A DNA stretch of 63,960 nucleotides, filler included, from Guillardia theta CCMP2712 (taxonomy: Eukaryota; Protista; Cryptophyta): NCBI RefSeq assembly GCF_000315625.1. It is 5 parts of 5 records of this genome, joined end to end, with 100 filler letters (N's around TTAATTAATTAA, not from the genome) between each part and the next. Parts side by side here need not be neighbours in the genome. Positions count along the whole stretch, not along the records: positions 1 to 28,657 come from NW_005434538.1; 4 more parts are not named here. The stretch is one strand, 5' to 3'. This document shows, in pieces, positions 1-11,659 of this stretch. Every line of letters starts with the position of its first letter. The first letter of the stretch is position 1. The position numbers were made by a program, and so were the translations under genes. Under the pieces are notes generated by a model that made no database searches, was not told where the DNA came from, and saw only the letters and a list, made by a program, of their open reading frames with translations.

Positions 1-2475
1 GACATGCGACTTGGCGCGCGTAATGGCGACGTTGAGCCGGCGGTCGTCAGACAAGAAGCCAACCTGGAGGAGGGATGGAGGGAAGGTAGCAAGGGAGGGA
101 GAGAGGAAGGAGGAGGAGAGAGTGGTGGAGGTGAGAGTGGACGAGGAGGAGGACAGTACACAGGATGGGAGGGCGAAAGGAAGAGGAGCAGGAGAGAAGG
201 AGCATCATAAAGGAGGCGAAGGGAGAAGGAAAGGGATGGGGAGGGAGGAGAAACGCAGAGGTCAGTCCCACACCACTCAAGGCTACCTCTCACCTCTCTC
301 CTCGTGTTGCTCCTAACCAGCGACAGCAGCAGCGCGTCTTTCTCTCTCCCCTGGAACCCGTCCACAGTCCCGATCTCTACCCCCCGATACTTCTCCTTCA
401 GCCTGTCCCGCAGGACCGCCACCTGCCCGTTGTAGGGCGCCAGGACCCCTATGCTCTCCTCCTGCACCCCAGCAGCCAACAGCCTCTCGAGATGCTCCTG
501 TACCACCAGTGCCTCCCCTTCGTTCCTCGACGAGCCCTTCTCGTCCTGCTCCTCCTCCATCCCGCATCCGTCAGTGTCGATGACAACGAGGACGGAGGAA
601 GTCTCAGCCGTCTCCTTAACCCCCGGCAGCTCCAGCAGCGTCCTCCTCCTCACCCCATCTGCCGGCACCAGCCTTCCCCCGTACATGGCCCCCGAGCTCC
701 AGTCTGAGATGTCCTCGTGCATGCGGTACTGCACAGTCAACATCCTCATCACTTCCTCCCCGTGTTCCTCTCGCACCCTCTGGAACAGCGTCCTCCCGAG
801 CCCCTTGTCCGCCGCCTCCTTGCTGATGATGGTGGGGGCGAGCTGGCAGTCGTCCCCAGCTAGGACGAGCCTCTTGCTGCGGAGGATAGGGATCCAGCAG
901 GAAACTTCGACGGCCATGGCAGCCTCGTCGATGACGCAGAGGTCGAAGGCGTCGAGGGAGTTGAGGACGGAATCCGACGCTCCTGTGTTGGTGCAGAGAA
1001 CGACTTGTGCGCCCTTGATGATCTGGAANNNNNNNNNNNNNNNNNNNNNNNNNNNNNNNNNNNNNNNNNNNNNNNNNNNNNNNNNNNNNNNNNNNNNNNN
1101 NNNNNNNNNNNNNNNNNNNNNNNNNNNNNNNNNNNNNNNNNNNNNNNNNNNNNNNNNNNNNNNNNNNNNNNNNNNNNNNNNNNNNNNNNNNNNNNNNNNN
1201 NNNNNNNNNNNNNNNNNNNNNNNNNNNNNNNNNNNNNNNNNNNNNNNNNNNNNNNNNNNNNNNNNNNNNNNNNNNNNNNNNNNNNNNNNNNNNNNNNNNN
1301 NNNNNNNNNNNNNNNNNNNNNNNNNNNNNNNNNNNNNNNNNNNNNNNNNNNNNNNNNNNNNNNNNNNNNNNNNNNNNNNNNNNNNNNNNNNNNNNNNNNN
1401 NNNNNNNNNNNNNNNNNNNNNNNNNNNNNNNNNNNNNNNNNNNNNNNNNNNNNNNNNNNNNNNNNNNNNNNNNNNNNNNNNNNNNNNNNNNNNNNNNNNN
1501 NNNNNNNNNNNNNNNNNNNNNNNNNNNNNNNNNNNNNNNNNNNNNNNNNNNNNNNNNNNNNNNNNNNNNNNNNNNNNNNNNNNNNNNNNNNNNNNNNNNN
1601 NNNNNNNNNNNNNNNNNNNNNNNNNNNNNNNNNNNNNNNNNNNNNNNNNNNNNNNNNNNNNNNNNNNNNNNNNNNNNNNNNNNNNNNNNNNNNNNNNNNN
1701 NNNNNNNNNNNNNNNNNNNNNNNNNNNNNNNNNNNNNNNNNNNNNNNNNNNNNNNNNNNNNNNNNNNNNNNNNNNNNNNNNNNNNNNNNNNNNNNNNNNN
1801 NNNNNNNNNNNNNNNNNNNNNNNNNNNNNNNNNNNNNNNNNNNNNNNNNNNNNNNNNNNNNNNNNNNNNNNNNNNNNNNNNNNNNNNNNNNNNNNNNNNN
1901 NNNNNNNNNNNNNNNNNNNNNNNNNNNNNNNNNNNNNNNNNNNNNNNNNNNNNNNNNNNNNNNNNNNNNNNNNNNNNNNNNNNNNNNNNNNCGAATGAGG
2001 CCAGCACCGACAGGGCGAGCAGACCAAGGCAAAGCCGGCGTGGAAAATTTCATGGGTGAGAAGTGGGAATGCGGGACACGATGCGGTGATCAGCGTAGCC
2101 GAGAAGCAGACACGCGCCCGTCGGGCTGAGCGGTTGAATAGTTTGTAGGAGTGGTGCCGACAAGCATAGGCCGGGGCGGGAGCTTGCCAGCGAGGGACGC
2201 AGTTGTCCTAGCGCTGAGGTTGCAGGCGGGCAGAGCCCCCGCTGGAGCATCGGCCTCTCCCTCCCTCTCTCCCTCTCCCTCTCTCTCCCTCACTTTCCCT
2301 CCCTCCTTCTCTATCCTCTTCCTCCCTCTCCCTCACTTTCCCTCCCTCCTTCTCTATCCTCTTCCTCCCGATCCTGCTCCTGCTCCTGCTGAGTTCCTGC
2401 TCCTTCTTCACGCTACTTGCTTTTCGCTTCCCTCAACCTCCCTACTTCTTCTAACCGATTCATCATCATTATCCT

Positions 2476-2520
<45 letters not shown>

Positions 2521-2956
2521 TCATAGGGATCATGGTATCACCGGAGTCTAGGGCGACGACGATCTTATTCTCCATCACGCGATAGACCAGCCCGCGCAGC
2601 TCCTGCTCCTTGGAGGACGAGGAAGGCACGTGCGCCACGTTCGCCTTGCGCAGGGCGACGATATCCCCTCCTCCGAAGCAGTGAGCAGGAAGGAGCGGCT
2701 CCGAGCCGCTGCTCTCTGTCTTGCCCTTATCGTTCTTCTTCCCTCCTAGCGCCTTGCTGCGGCACAGGGTGACCAGGGTCCGCCCTCCCAGGCCATGCTT
2801 CCGTTCCGTCAGGACCAGGGAACCGATCACCACCCCCCTCTCCTCCAGCTGCTTCAGGCTCAGAGTCTCCTGCTCGTCTGCGGTCTGCGCCTCCTCTGCC
2901 ATGCGCTCCATGTCCACCAGCTCGAGCTGCTTCTGCGTCCATGCTTCCAGGTCCAT
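1..2956 (-). CDS. IGHMBP2: UPF1-like SF1 helicase, IGHMBP2/SMUBP-2/Hcs1 family (spliced, interrupted by gap, runs off left edge)
   Basis: N-terminus MDLEAWTQKQLELVDMER...KHGLGGRTLVTL...GDIVAL resembles IGHMBP2. Exon ~293-1028 reads FDLCVIDEAA, LAGDDCQLAP, LTVQYRMH, VLAPYNGQV, TVDGFQGREKD. Exon 1-63 reads VGFLSDDRRLNVAITRAK. Confidence 0.93.
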
Positions 2957-3890
2957 GGTGGGAACAACTGTAGGCGTCAGCCCTCCAATGCCAGCCTTCG
3001 TCGCCTCGACCCCGAGCGCGAAGAGCAGAGCGAGCAGCAGCAAGGACCTGATGCTGGTTGAGATAAGAAACAGCCGGATCGTCGTTCAGTTCTCCTCCTG
3101 ATGTTCGTGCTAGCGCTGTTCCCTGCCTCCTACTTGAAGATCCAAGTCACACTTGCCCTGCAGAACCCAAGAGCTCCTTCTCGTTGCTATCGTGCATCCA
3201 GTCAGTTAGGTTGCTCCTCCTTCACTCTCCTCCTCCTGATCCTCCTGATCCCCTACCTTCTCCTGCTCCTCTTGCTCCTGCTCCTGCTCCTGATCCTCCT
3301 GCTCCCCTACCTTCTCCTTCTCCTGCTCCTGCTCCTCCTGCTGATGTTCCTGCTCCTGCTGCTGCTGCTCCTCCTCCTCCTGCTGCTGCTGCTGCTCCTC
3401 CTTCTCTCCCTGCTCCTCTTCCTCCTGCTTCTATTCTTTCCTCCCCACCTCCCGACAGATTGTCAGCCAAGTGGAGGAAGGACTACCCCTACCCCTCGCT
3501 AGACGACATGTACCCCTCTATTATCTCACTTTGAGACTTGATTAAGGGGGTACTGTGCAATATAACCCCACCCCACCTGGGGTACAGGGGTGTGGCCGTA
3601 TCGTGGGAAATCCTATGGAGGAGACCAAGCGTGCGTGTAGGAGATGAGATACGAAAAGGAGTGAAGAGAGGTAGAGAGGAGGGAAGAGAGGAGAGGAGAG
3701 GAGAGGAGAAGAGAGGAGTGGAGAGGAGAAGAGAGGAGAGGAGAGGAGAGCAGAGGAGAGGAGAGGAGAGGAGAGGAGAGGAGTGGAGTGGAGTGGAGAG
3801 GAGAGGAGAGGAGAGGAGAGGAGAGGAGAGGAGAGGAGAGGAGTGCATAGAGGTGGATAGGAGCTCAGCTGAGGCATCGTTTTGTACGTG

Positions 3891-5030
3891 ATGCTCAAGG
3901 GATGGAGACTAGCATCACTGGTACAGCGCATTGATGTATCTTCAGCCCCTCGTCTTCGACTGATGCATACCTATCCTCGCACTTCACTCTCTCAACAGCA
4001 GATGAGGAGCATTTCTTCAGAGCGACACGTCGAGATGAGCTTGAGCGAGATCCACAATCTCACTCGCTCCGTCTTGATCCGGGAAGGCGCCAGCCCGGAG
4101 CATGCGGACAGTGTTGCTGACTGCGTCAGGAATGCTGAGAGGGACGGAGCCAGTTCCCATGGGATGTACCGAGTTCCAGGATACATCAGGTCCCTCCGAA
4201 GCGGAAAAGTCCGCGGAGATGCGGACCCGTCGCTGACCCGAGTCAACGATACGGTGATGAGGTGTGAGGGAGATCGCTCCTTCGTCTCTCTCGTTCACCG
4301 TCGATACCTCGAGCAAGTCATCCAGGTAGCTCGCCAGCACGGGGTTTGCATCTTCGCCGCCCGGAGGATCGCGCATTGGGCGGCGCTATGGCCGGAAACG
4401 GAGGCCATTGCGGATGCGGGGCTGGTAGCCTTTGCGTGCACGTCCTACCTGCCGACCGTCGCGCCCCATGGCACTCGCCATGCGTTCTTCGGGACGAACC
4501 CTGTCTCTTTCGCGTGGCCTCGACCCCTCCGGCCTCCTCTGGTGTTCGACATGGCGACTTCATCCTCCTCCCTCGGCGACTTGTCCTTGAAAGCGCGCAT
4601 GGGGGAGGAGGTGCCAGAAGGGACGGGGTTGGATGGGGAGGGAAAGGTGAGCAAGGATCCGTCGGAGATTCTCAAGGGTTGCCTCCTCCCCTTCGGAGGA
4701 TACAAGGGATCGCACCTCGCCATGGCAGTGGAGCTCCTGGCAGGGCCTCTGATCGGGGAGACCACGAGCTACGAGACGGCCAGGGAAGACAACCAGGACG
4801 GAGGTCCTCCCCTCGGAGGCGAGCTGATTGTTGCCATGTCGTTGGATATCATCTCAGGATCCAAGGAGAGTGCGGAGGCCGCGGAAAGATTTCTGAAGCA
4901 CCTTGAGGAGATGGAGAGTTTTGGAATGCCCGGGCAACGAAGGCACCAACGGAGGTTAGACCTGGGGAAGCGGAAAATCGATGCAGTCACGATGGCAGAG
5001 ATCGAAAAGTTGCTCGAATCATCGAAGTGA
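3891..5030 (+). CDS. Ldh_2 family NAD(P)-dependent oxidoreductase (DpkA/LhpD/ComC/AllD-like), intronless, possible mitochondrial presequence
   Basis: Motifs SHGMYRVPGY, HWAALWPE, FGTNPVSFAWP, PLVFDMATS, LLPFGGYKGSHLAMAVELLAG and MPGQRR. About 45-aa Arg/Ser/Leu-rich N-terminal extension. Confidence 0.92.
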   Translation: MLKGWRLASLVQRIDVSSAPRLRLMHTYPRTSLSQQQMRSISSERHVEMSLSEIHNLTRSVLIREGASPEHADSVADCVRNAERDGASSHGMYRVPGYIRSLRSGKVRGDADPSLTRVNDTVMRCEGDRSFVSLVHRRYLEQVIQVARQHGVCIFAARRIAHWAALWPETEAIADAGLVAFACTSYLPTVAPHGTRHAFFGTNPVSFAWPRPLRPPLVFDMATSSSSLGDLSLKARMGEEVPEGTGLDGEGKVSKDPSEILKGCLLPFGGYKGSHLAMAVELLAGPLIGETTSYETAREDNQDGGPPLGGELIVAMSLDIISGSKESAEAAERFLKHLEEMESFGMPGQRRHQRRLDLGKRKIDAVTMAEIEKLLESSK

Positions 5031-5157
5031 TAGCTGCGAGCTATTGGGAGAACGAAAGAGGATTTGTGTTTTGTAACAAACATGGTTTCGAGTGATTGAG
5101 AATGTGAGTAGTTTATTGTGAATCGAGGCGAGGGAAAAACCTAAAACTAGCAAAAGA

Positions 5158-5964
5158 TCATCTGGATTTACATACTTTACACGACTGCGCAGCCTCTTGA
5201 GTCAGTTCTGTCTCATATCCAAAGTCCTCTTCATCGCAGCTCTGCGAATCGATCATCTCCTCATCCGAAATGCAAAGTTCGGTATCTGGGCTCTCAATCT
5301 TGGATGCCCTCTCCTGGACTGGGCCAAAACTTGGCAGCTCACAGTCCGTCGGAAACATCAGCACCTCCAAACGATTCTGATCGCCCTCGGTAATCTTTTG
5401 AAGGACAACAATGAGCGATTCCTGCTTCCCTGGCCGGGGTAGTGTGAGGAGCACCTTGTCTGCGGTCCGCTGAGCCATGATAGCAGCTTCATGCAGAATC
5501 TTGCGTCCATCACCCTCCCATTCGATCGTTCTGAGCATGCGTCCTGTGATGCCAGAGGACGTTCTGTTCAAGAGCGCAGACGCCAGTCCGTCGATGCTGA
5601 TGATGAAGAAAGGCTCGGCTGACTCGATGACCAGCCGTCCTCGCTTCTCCACAAGATGGCTTGGCAGCAACTTGGCGATGTTCACCCTCCTCGAGGTATT
5701 CTCCCCTTTCAAGATGGAAAAAAGATTCTGAATCATCCATTTCGGACCTCCTAGGCGCCTCTTGCAGGCAGCGCAGCTTCTGCTGGCGCGATAGCCCCTT
5801 GCAGCAGCTTTGTCGCCAGAGCGCGAATTTACATCCTCTGAATGAGCATGTTTGTTGTTTGTGTTCATGGGCTCCATGCCAGCATGCACAGCATCGTCCT
5901 GGCCAATAGAAAGCTTCTTGTTGTACATCTCCGATATATCCTCTACTTCGCGCATGTTCGCCAT
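5158..5964 (-). CDS. Hypothetical protein, possible degenerate PAS-like domain
   Basis: Clean 268-aa ORF from ATG 5964. Segment IESAEPFFIISID...LLNRTSSGITGRMLRTI loosely resembles a PAS N-terminal half. Acidic tail. Confidence 0.55.
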   Translation of the reverse strand: MANMREVEDISEMYNKKLSIGQDDAVHAGMEPMNTNNKHAHSEDVNSRSGDKAAARGYRASRSCAACKRRLGGPKWMIQNLFSILKGENTSRRVNIAKLLPSHLVEKRGRLVIESAEPFFIISIDGLASALLNRTSSGITGRMLRTIEWEGDGRKILHEAAIMAQRTADKVLLTLPRPGKQESLIVVLQKITEGDQNRLEVLMFPTDCELPSFGPVQERASKIESPDTELCISDEEMIDSQSCDEEDFGYETELTQEAAQSCKVCKSR

Positions 5965-7539
5965 AATATGCAGTTGCTGCTTACTCTCTCGTCGACACAA
6001 CACTTTCAGCAAGGGAATTATCAAAAGTTCCTTCTGTCTTGTATCTTTCTGTCTTGTGTTTGTTCTTGCGCTCTCAAGTCCTTTGCGATGTTCGGGCTTG
6101 TCGACCTTCCTGTTAAATAACAACAATGTTTACTACACCCCGCTCGCCCCCCCCCCCACGCCCTCTCTCACTCCCGCTCGCGCTCGCACTACACTCTACT
6201 CTACTCTACTCTACTCGTACCNNNNNNNNNNNNNNNNNNNNNNNNNNNNNNNNNNNNNNNNNNNNNNNNNNNNNNNNNNNNNNNNNNNNNNNNNNNNNNN
6301 NNNNNNNNNNNNNNNNNNNNNCCCCCCCCCCCCCCCCCCCTTACAGTATCCAGATACTCACGCCACCCACCCCACCCATGAATCATTTTTGATTTCCACC
6401 AAATCGATCCTCGAAGCCTCTTGCCTACGGGTCAGGTACTTTTCCAAGAGGAGGCTCAATAGAATCTGCTTATACACCCGTGCGAGAAATGCGGACGCTA
6501 ACCAAGGCACACAGATTCCACCCCCTACCCCCAATTTGACATTGAGTGAAACTATCGAGAAAATCCTGTTTTCGTTCAACTGGAGTGATTTATCGAAAAA
6601 AGTCCTTTTCATAACTGCTTTTGGTATCCTAACCGGTATCCGTTGAAGGGTTGTCTTTCTGGGCTCTCTCGAATGTTTATCTGCATCCCAGGCTGTACCA
6701 AAGAAGAACATGACCAGCCTTGCTGACCAACGTATCTGCCTGCTGACTGGAACATGGTCACTATCTCCCCCGGGGTTGGCTGAGAGTACCCCCTAAATAT
6801 CATATGTGCTCGAGACCCACCCACCCTCAGCTTTGATTGTTTTTACCCCCGCCAGCCTCATTTGTTGAAAGAGACCATTGAACCAATGAAGTTCTATAGC
6901 ATAGATCATATGTAAAAGGGGGTAGTGCTGGTACATGCTGGATTTAGGTCTTTGATTTCGATCTGCCCCCTTCATCTCTACTAGACTACCCCACCCTCAT
7001 TGCGCCAACTAAGAAGAGAATGGCAAGTCTAAGCTCAAGTCACGCCAGCCCTATCTTGAGGTCGGGAGGTCCCGCGCCACCGGGGATGAGGTCTCACGGT
7101 CAGCATCACCAGCTCACAGACTTCTTCGGCGATGGGGTCCGGGTCTCTTGACCCCCGTATCGCCATAACTGAAAGGGTGGGGTGGAGCCTTACAGCCCTG
7201 CTGTAAAAGTCGCAATGGCACCCGTCGCTGGGGGTGGGTTGTGGGAGATCTTTGGACGGGTGGGTCGCATGAGCAATTGAGAGGTCCACGGATTGTCTGG
7301 ATAAAAGGGGTAGCCTTGTGATGACTAGGGACAAACCAGGGTAGGGTCATATCATTACCCGTGATTCTCAAATCAATAGAGGGGGTACTGATCGTGTACA
7401 AATATTAGATCCAAGGCCTGCACAGAATAGGGAGGGGTGGGGTGGGCGGTCATGTGAGGTGTGTGCCGTGAGTGGATGACGGCGACGCCGGGGTAAGTTC
7501 CGAGGAGATCCTTACAGGCAGAACAGTCAAAGGGCTGGA

Positions 7540-8010
7540 TGATCGGACCGTCGGGTGATGCCGTGACCGCGCCGCTGTCCGTCAGCACGCCGCTGAGTTC
7601 CGACTCTTCGCTTGAAGCCTCCCTGGTCCCCGGGGGCCCCCGGGTCCGGCACCGCGTGTAAGAGTACGGTCGGCGTGACTCACCGTGGCACTGGCACGAT
7701 CGGATCGGATCATCGGATCGGACGACCGGCCGGGCCGGCGGCGGCCGCCGGGTCCGGCCCGCCACTGGGCCATGATTATCCGGCCCGGGCGGCTGAGTCC
7801 CGGACCCGACGCGCCGCGCCGCCGTGCGGCGCTCAGCGACGGCGGGGCCCGGCTTCTCCTCCCTCTTTCACTTTCTCTTCTGTACAAGCCTAACAAACTT
7901 GGCACAGCGCTCACTCCGTCACTAAGTTCGGCCGGGCCGGGCCCCGACTCCCCGGGGCCCGGGGTTCGAGTCAGCGGCCGCGGGCCGCCGTGCGGCCTGA
8001 GGATCCATTC
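7540..8010. other. CpG/CCGG-rich island upstream of PIG-U
   Basis: Abrupt shift to very high GC with many CCGG, CGGATC and GACTC/GAGTC words, unlike the rest of the window. Confidence 0.75.
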
Positions 8011-8064
8011 AACTGTATCCGTGATTATCCGCAAGTATCCGTGAGAAGTCAAGGGCACACTGCC

Positions 8065-10131
8065 ATGGGCAAGGGTGTGGTGTTGTTATGGTTGAGTGCG
8101 GCAGCGATGCGCATGGCGCTGCTCCTCTTTCCTTCCTCCTCCTACTCATCATCTCGCATTTCAGCTCCATCCTCACCTTCCACTCACACTCGATCGTCCT
8201 CCTCCTCCTCCTCTTCCTCATCCTCGCCACTCTCCTGTTCAACCTTGGGAATGAGCTGTTTATGGGCCGAACTGCAGTCCCCATCACCCTCATATCTCAC
8301 AGAAGAGCTCTCCTCACGTCCAGAGATCGTCACAGCTCTCACATCAACATCCTCAGTGAAGGAAGGGATCTTCCTCTGGGAGCGTGGAGCATCTCCATAT
8401 GAAGGAGATATCCTACATGCCCCACCTTTGCTGCTGCTCCTCCTTTATCCGATAGAGGGCTCCTCTGGGACTAGGTTGCTTCGAGCGCTGTTCTGGACCA
8501 TGATTCAGGTCCTCGTTGCTGTCATCATGCGGATGGTGGTTGTGGAGTACGAGCGCTCGCCCGAGGTCTCGAAAGATTGCTGCCACCTTGGCCTAGCACT
8601 TGGCGACGAGGACGAGGAGGATGACATTCCGAAGCTGATCGAAGAAGAGAACAAGGTGTGCGTTCATGACCATCTTGTGCATGTAGTGATGATCAAATCT
8701 CATCAGAAACACCAAGTCCAACTCGATGCAGCCTGGATCAACGAGCTCGTGCCGCTTGCGTACATGTTGCACCCATACTCGGTGTTGTGTTGTGGTGTTT
8801 TGATTTCGGTAGGAAACTTAACAAGGCTTTGCAGATACTCACATGCATTGGCACATCGACAATCTCCGTAGATCATCTGTTCGTGATGGCTTCGGTGCTT
8901 TGTGCTCTCAGAGTAAAATCTCACTGCTCTCTTATTTCCACATGACCGACGACTGTGGCAGGGGAGGACGATTCAAACCTCGGTCGCCATCTCCACAGCA
9001 ACTTACATCTCTCCCTATTACATTGTCCTCTTACCGCCTCTCGCACTCCTGCTCAGGAGGAAGCAAGAGGGAGCCTTCTCCTCATACTTTAGCTTGTACA
9101 ATCACTTGCCTTGCCCCATGTGAGGATTTTCTGACATTCTCCTTGCTACAGTGTTGGGGCTTGCTGTGCGGTGATGGGAGCGTTGATGTATACATCATAC
9201 GCGATCATGGGGAGCTGGGACTTTGTGAATGGTGAGCTCGTGAATGGGCAGGAAAAGCTTGATCTAAGCTGTTGTAACAGCGGTGTACTACTTCACCTTT
9301 ACTGTCCCCGATCTCTCGCCCAACGTCGGCTTGTGCGTTGGATTGCAGGTTGTCTCTCGGGGCTCAAGGGTTTTGCAGGTTCTGGTACTTCTTCATCGAG
9401 ATCTTCGATCAGTTTCGAAACTTTTTCCTCTTCCTGTTTCAATATCACATGCTTGTATGGCTGATGTGCTGGTATTTACAACTGTGACTGTGAGAGCAGG
9501 TCTACCCCATCCCCTTGGCTATGCGAGTGTCTCATCGCCCGCTCTTTCTCTTTGCATTCTCACTCGGTATGATTCGTTTGGTTGGGGTCTGGCGTTTTGA
9601 CTGATTGGTCTTCAGGTTATATCGCCATCTTCAAATCTTATCCATCGATAGGCGACGCAGCGTTCTACATGCCATTGCTGATCATGTTATACCTCCTGCA
9701 TGCTGTTTGGTCGCCATGACCGAGTTACGCAGTTTTCACCGCCAGCTGATCGAAATGAGAAACTTGTTCATCTTAGTACAGATCCTCCTCTTCGTTACCG
9801 GTAGCCCCCCCCCCCCCTGTTCTTCTCGGCCTGATGCGACCTCTCGTGCTCGTGCACCAGTGCTCTCGCCGATCTTCTGGCACTTGTGGATAGTGACGGG
9901 AGCGGGAAACTCGAACTTCTATTACGGTCTCACTCTCGCTTACTCCGCAGCACAGGTAGGTCTGCGTGTGACGTTGGTTGTGTTGACTTGTTGAATGCAG
10001 GTCCTGATTATCTCTGAATCGATGCTGGCGGTATCATTACGAATGAATACATCTCATGCCTGAATGTCTCGTTGTTACAGGTGCTGAAGCAAGACAAGAA
10101 ACAAAGGCTCCTTTCGAAGAAAAGAGATTAG
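8065..10131 (+). CDS. PIGU: GPI transamidase subunit PIG-U (GAB1/CDC91), multi-exon
   Basis: RPEIVTALTS..EGIFLW..SPYEGDILHAPPLLL; PDLSPNVGL-WYFFIEIFDQFRNFF; LSPIFWHLWIVTGAGNSNFYY. Last exon 10081-10131 ends KKRD*, an ER-retrieval KKxx motif. Confidence 0.93.
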
Positions 10132-10597
10132 ATGAACGAGATCAGCTCTGGTCGAACTACATTCTTCTCTTCTTTAGTTCGCAGCCATGTTTCATGCCTC
10201 ATCATTCCCTGCTACTTGATGTTGATCCTCCCCTGCTTCTCTTTTCTTACTTCTTGTCTCCTACGCTTCTTGTCTCCTTCATGTCATTTCTCGCCCTGTT
10301 TGCTCTTTTCTTTTTAAATTTTACAGACTTTTTTTACTGCCTTGAAGTCCCTACCCCATTCCGTGCTACCACCTGGTTTGGTCCACCCTACCCCTCACTT
10401 TCTAGTATTCGTTCTGAGGGCACCTCAACCCCCTCATTTTCTCGGTCCCCTCAACTTCCATTCTCGTTACCCTTCTTACTATGACCATCGATCTTGCACA
10501 GCACCCCTTCTTATTTACACCCACCCCTTCCATTGTCCACCCCTACCCCCTCCATTGTTTGGGGAATGTTCCGTAGTCTCTATTTCTGTTCTCCGTC

Positions 10598-11222
10598 ATG
10601 CGCTGCGACTACCAGGCGGTGGCGCCACAAGCAGGTCGGCTCTGCTCCTCCTCGCGCTCCTCCTCTCCTGATCTCCCCAAGACATCGTCATCCCGTGCCC
10701 TGGCCCTCCTCCTCTCCTCCTCTCTCGCTCTCCTCCTCGTCATAGCTGTGGTCCTGATGCTTGACGAGCCGTCGACTTCATTGGAGCAACAGCAGGCAAA
10801 CAGGTACGAGCGCGTTTGTCGGTCATGCGAGTATATGTGGTATACGTGTTTTTCTCTCTCATGAGTACCTCTGATCTCTCCCTCTCCTCTCCTTAACCCC
10901 ATCTGACTGCTCTCATTGCAGCCCCCTTCTGAATCGGATGGAAGGGATGCGGACAAATCCCTACGTGAACGACGAGGCGTCGGGCTCGGAGCACTGGGGA
11001 GGAGTAGGCAGTGAAGGTTATGGAACTCCTGCATGGGACGGGACGGGATGGAACGCAAACTACCACCCTAGAGATCGGGCAAGCATGGACTCGGAGTCGA
11101 TGGAGCCGTGGTACTGGAGGAAGGGCCCTAGAGTGAACGACGAGTACACTGGGCATGTGGCGGACGGGGATCCTCTCTTCTCTCCTCCTGATGGCTGGGA
11201 GCCACCCTATGAGCTGAAGTAG
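10598..11222 (+). CDS. Small single-pass (type II) membrane protein with Trp/Gly/Asp-rich C-terminal domain
   Basis: Exons 10598-10803 and 10922-11222 join in frame across a GT-AG intron. Hydrophobic anchor ALALLLSSSLALLLVIAVVLML. Confidence 0.7.
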
Positions 11223-11659
11223 AGCAGGAGCGGGGCTGGAGGAGAGCTGGAGTGTTGAGCAGCGGAAGGTTTTCAGATGGAGGGCCGTTGAAGTGTAGAT
11301 GTAGCAGGCGGTGGAGGAGTGCGCGGGTAGATGTCAGCTGGGTATGAAGGTGGTCTTGGGCAGAGATGAAGTAGACAAGGTTGTAGATCTCGAGGTCGTA
11401 GGTCTGGCCACAGGGATGTCTTGGAAGTAAAGAGTTTGTGCGATGCGGTATGGAATGGACAGAAGAAAATCAACTCTTTCTTCCCGCTATTAGCAGGGTT
11501 AACAGGTAGAGGATGGGAGGGTGAGAAAGAGGGCTGGAGGAGGAGGAGGGAGGGAGGGAGGGAGGGAGGGAGCAGGGAGGTCGGGGAGGGGGGCCGGGAG
11601 ACGAGCAACAGGACGAGGACAAGGAGGACGAGGACCAGGAGGAGAAGGTTATGTGTTGG

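Noticed and set aside
451-1028. Plus-strand long ORF
   Set aside because: Antisense to the helicase exon and extended artificially by Ns.
1992-2255. Atypical sequence inside the helicase locus, possibly a foreign insert
   Set aside because: It abuts a gap and has no clean frame, so it is probably low-quality contig-end sequence.
5755-5790. Zn2Cys6 binuclear cluster
   Set aside because: Only the first CxxC is present; the remaining cysteines are missing.
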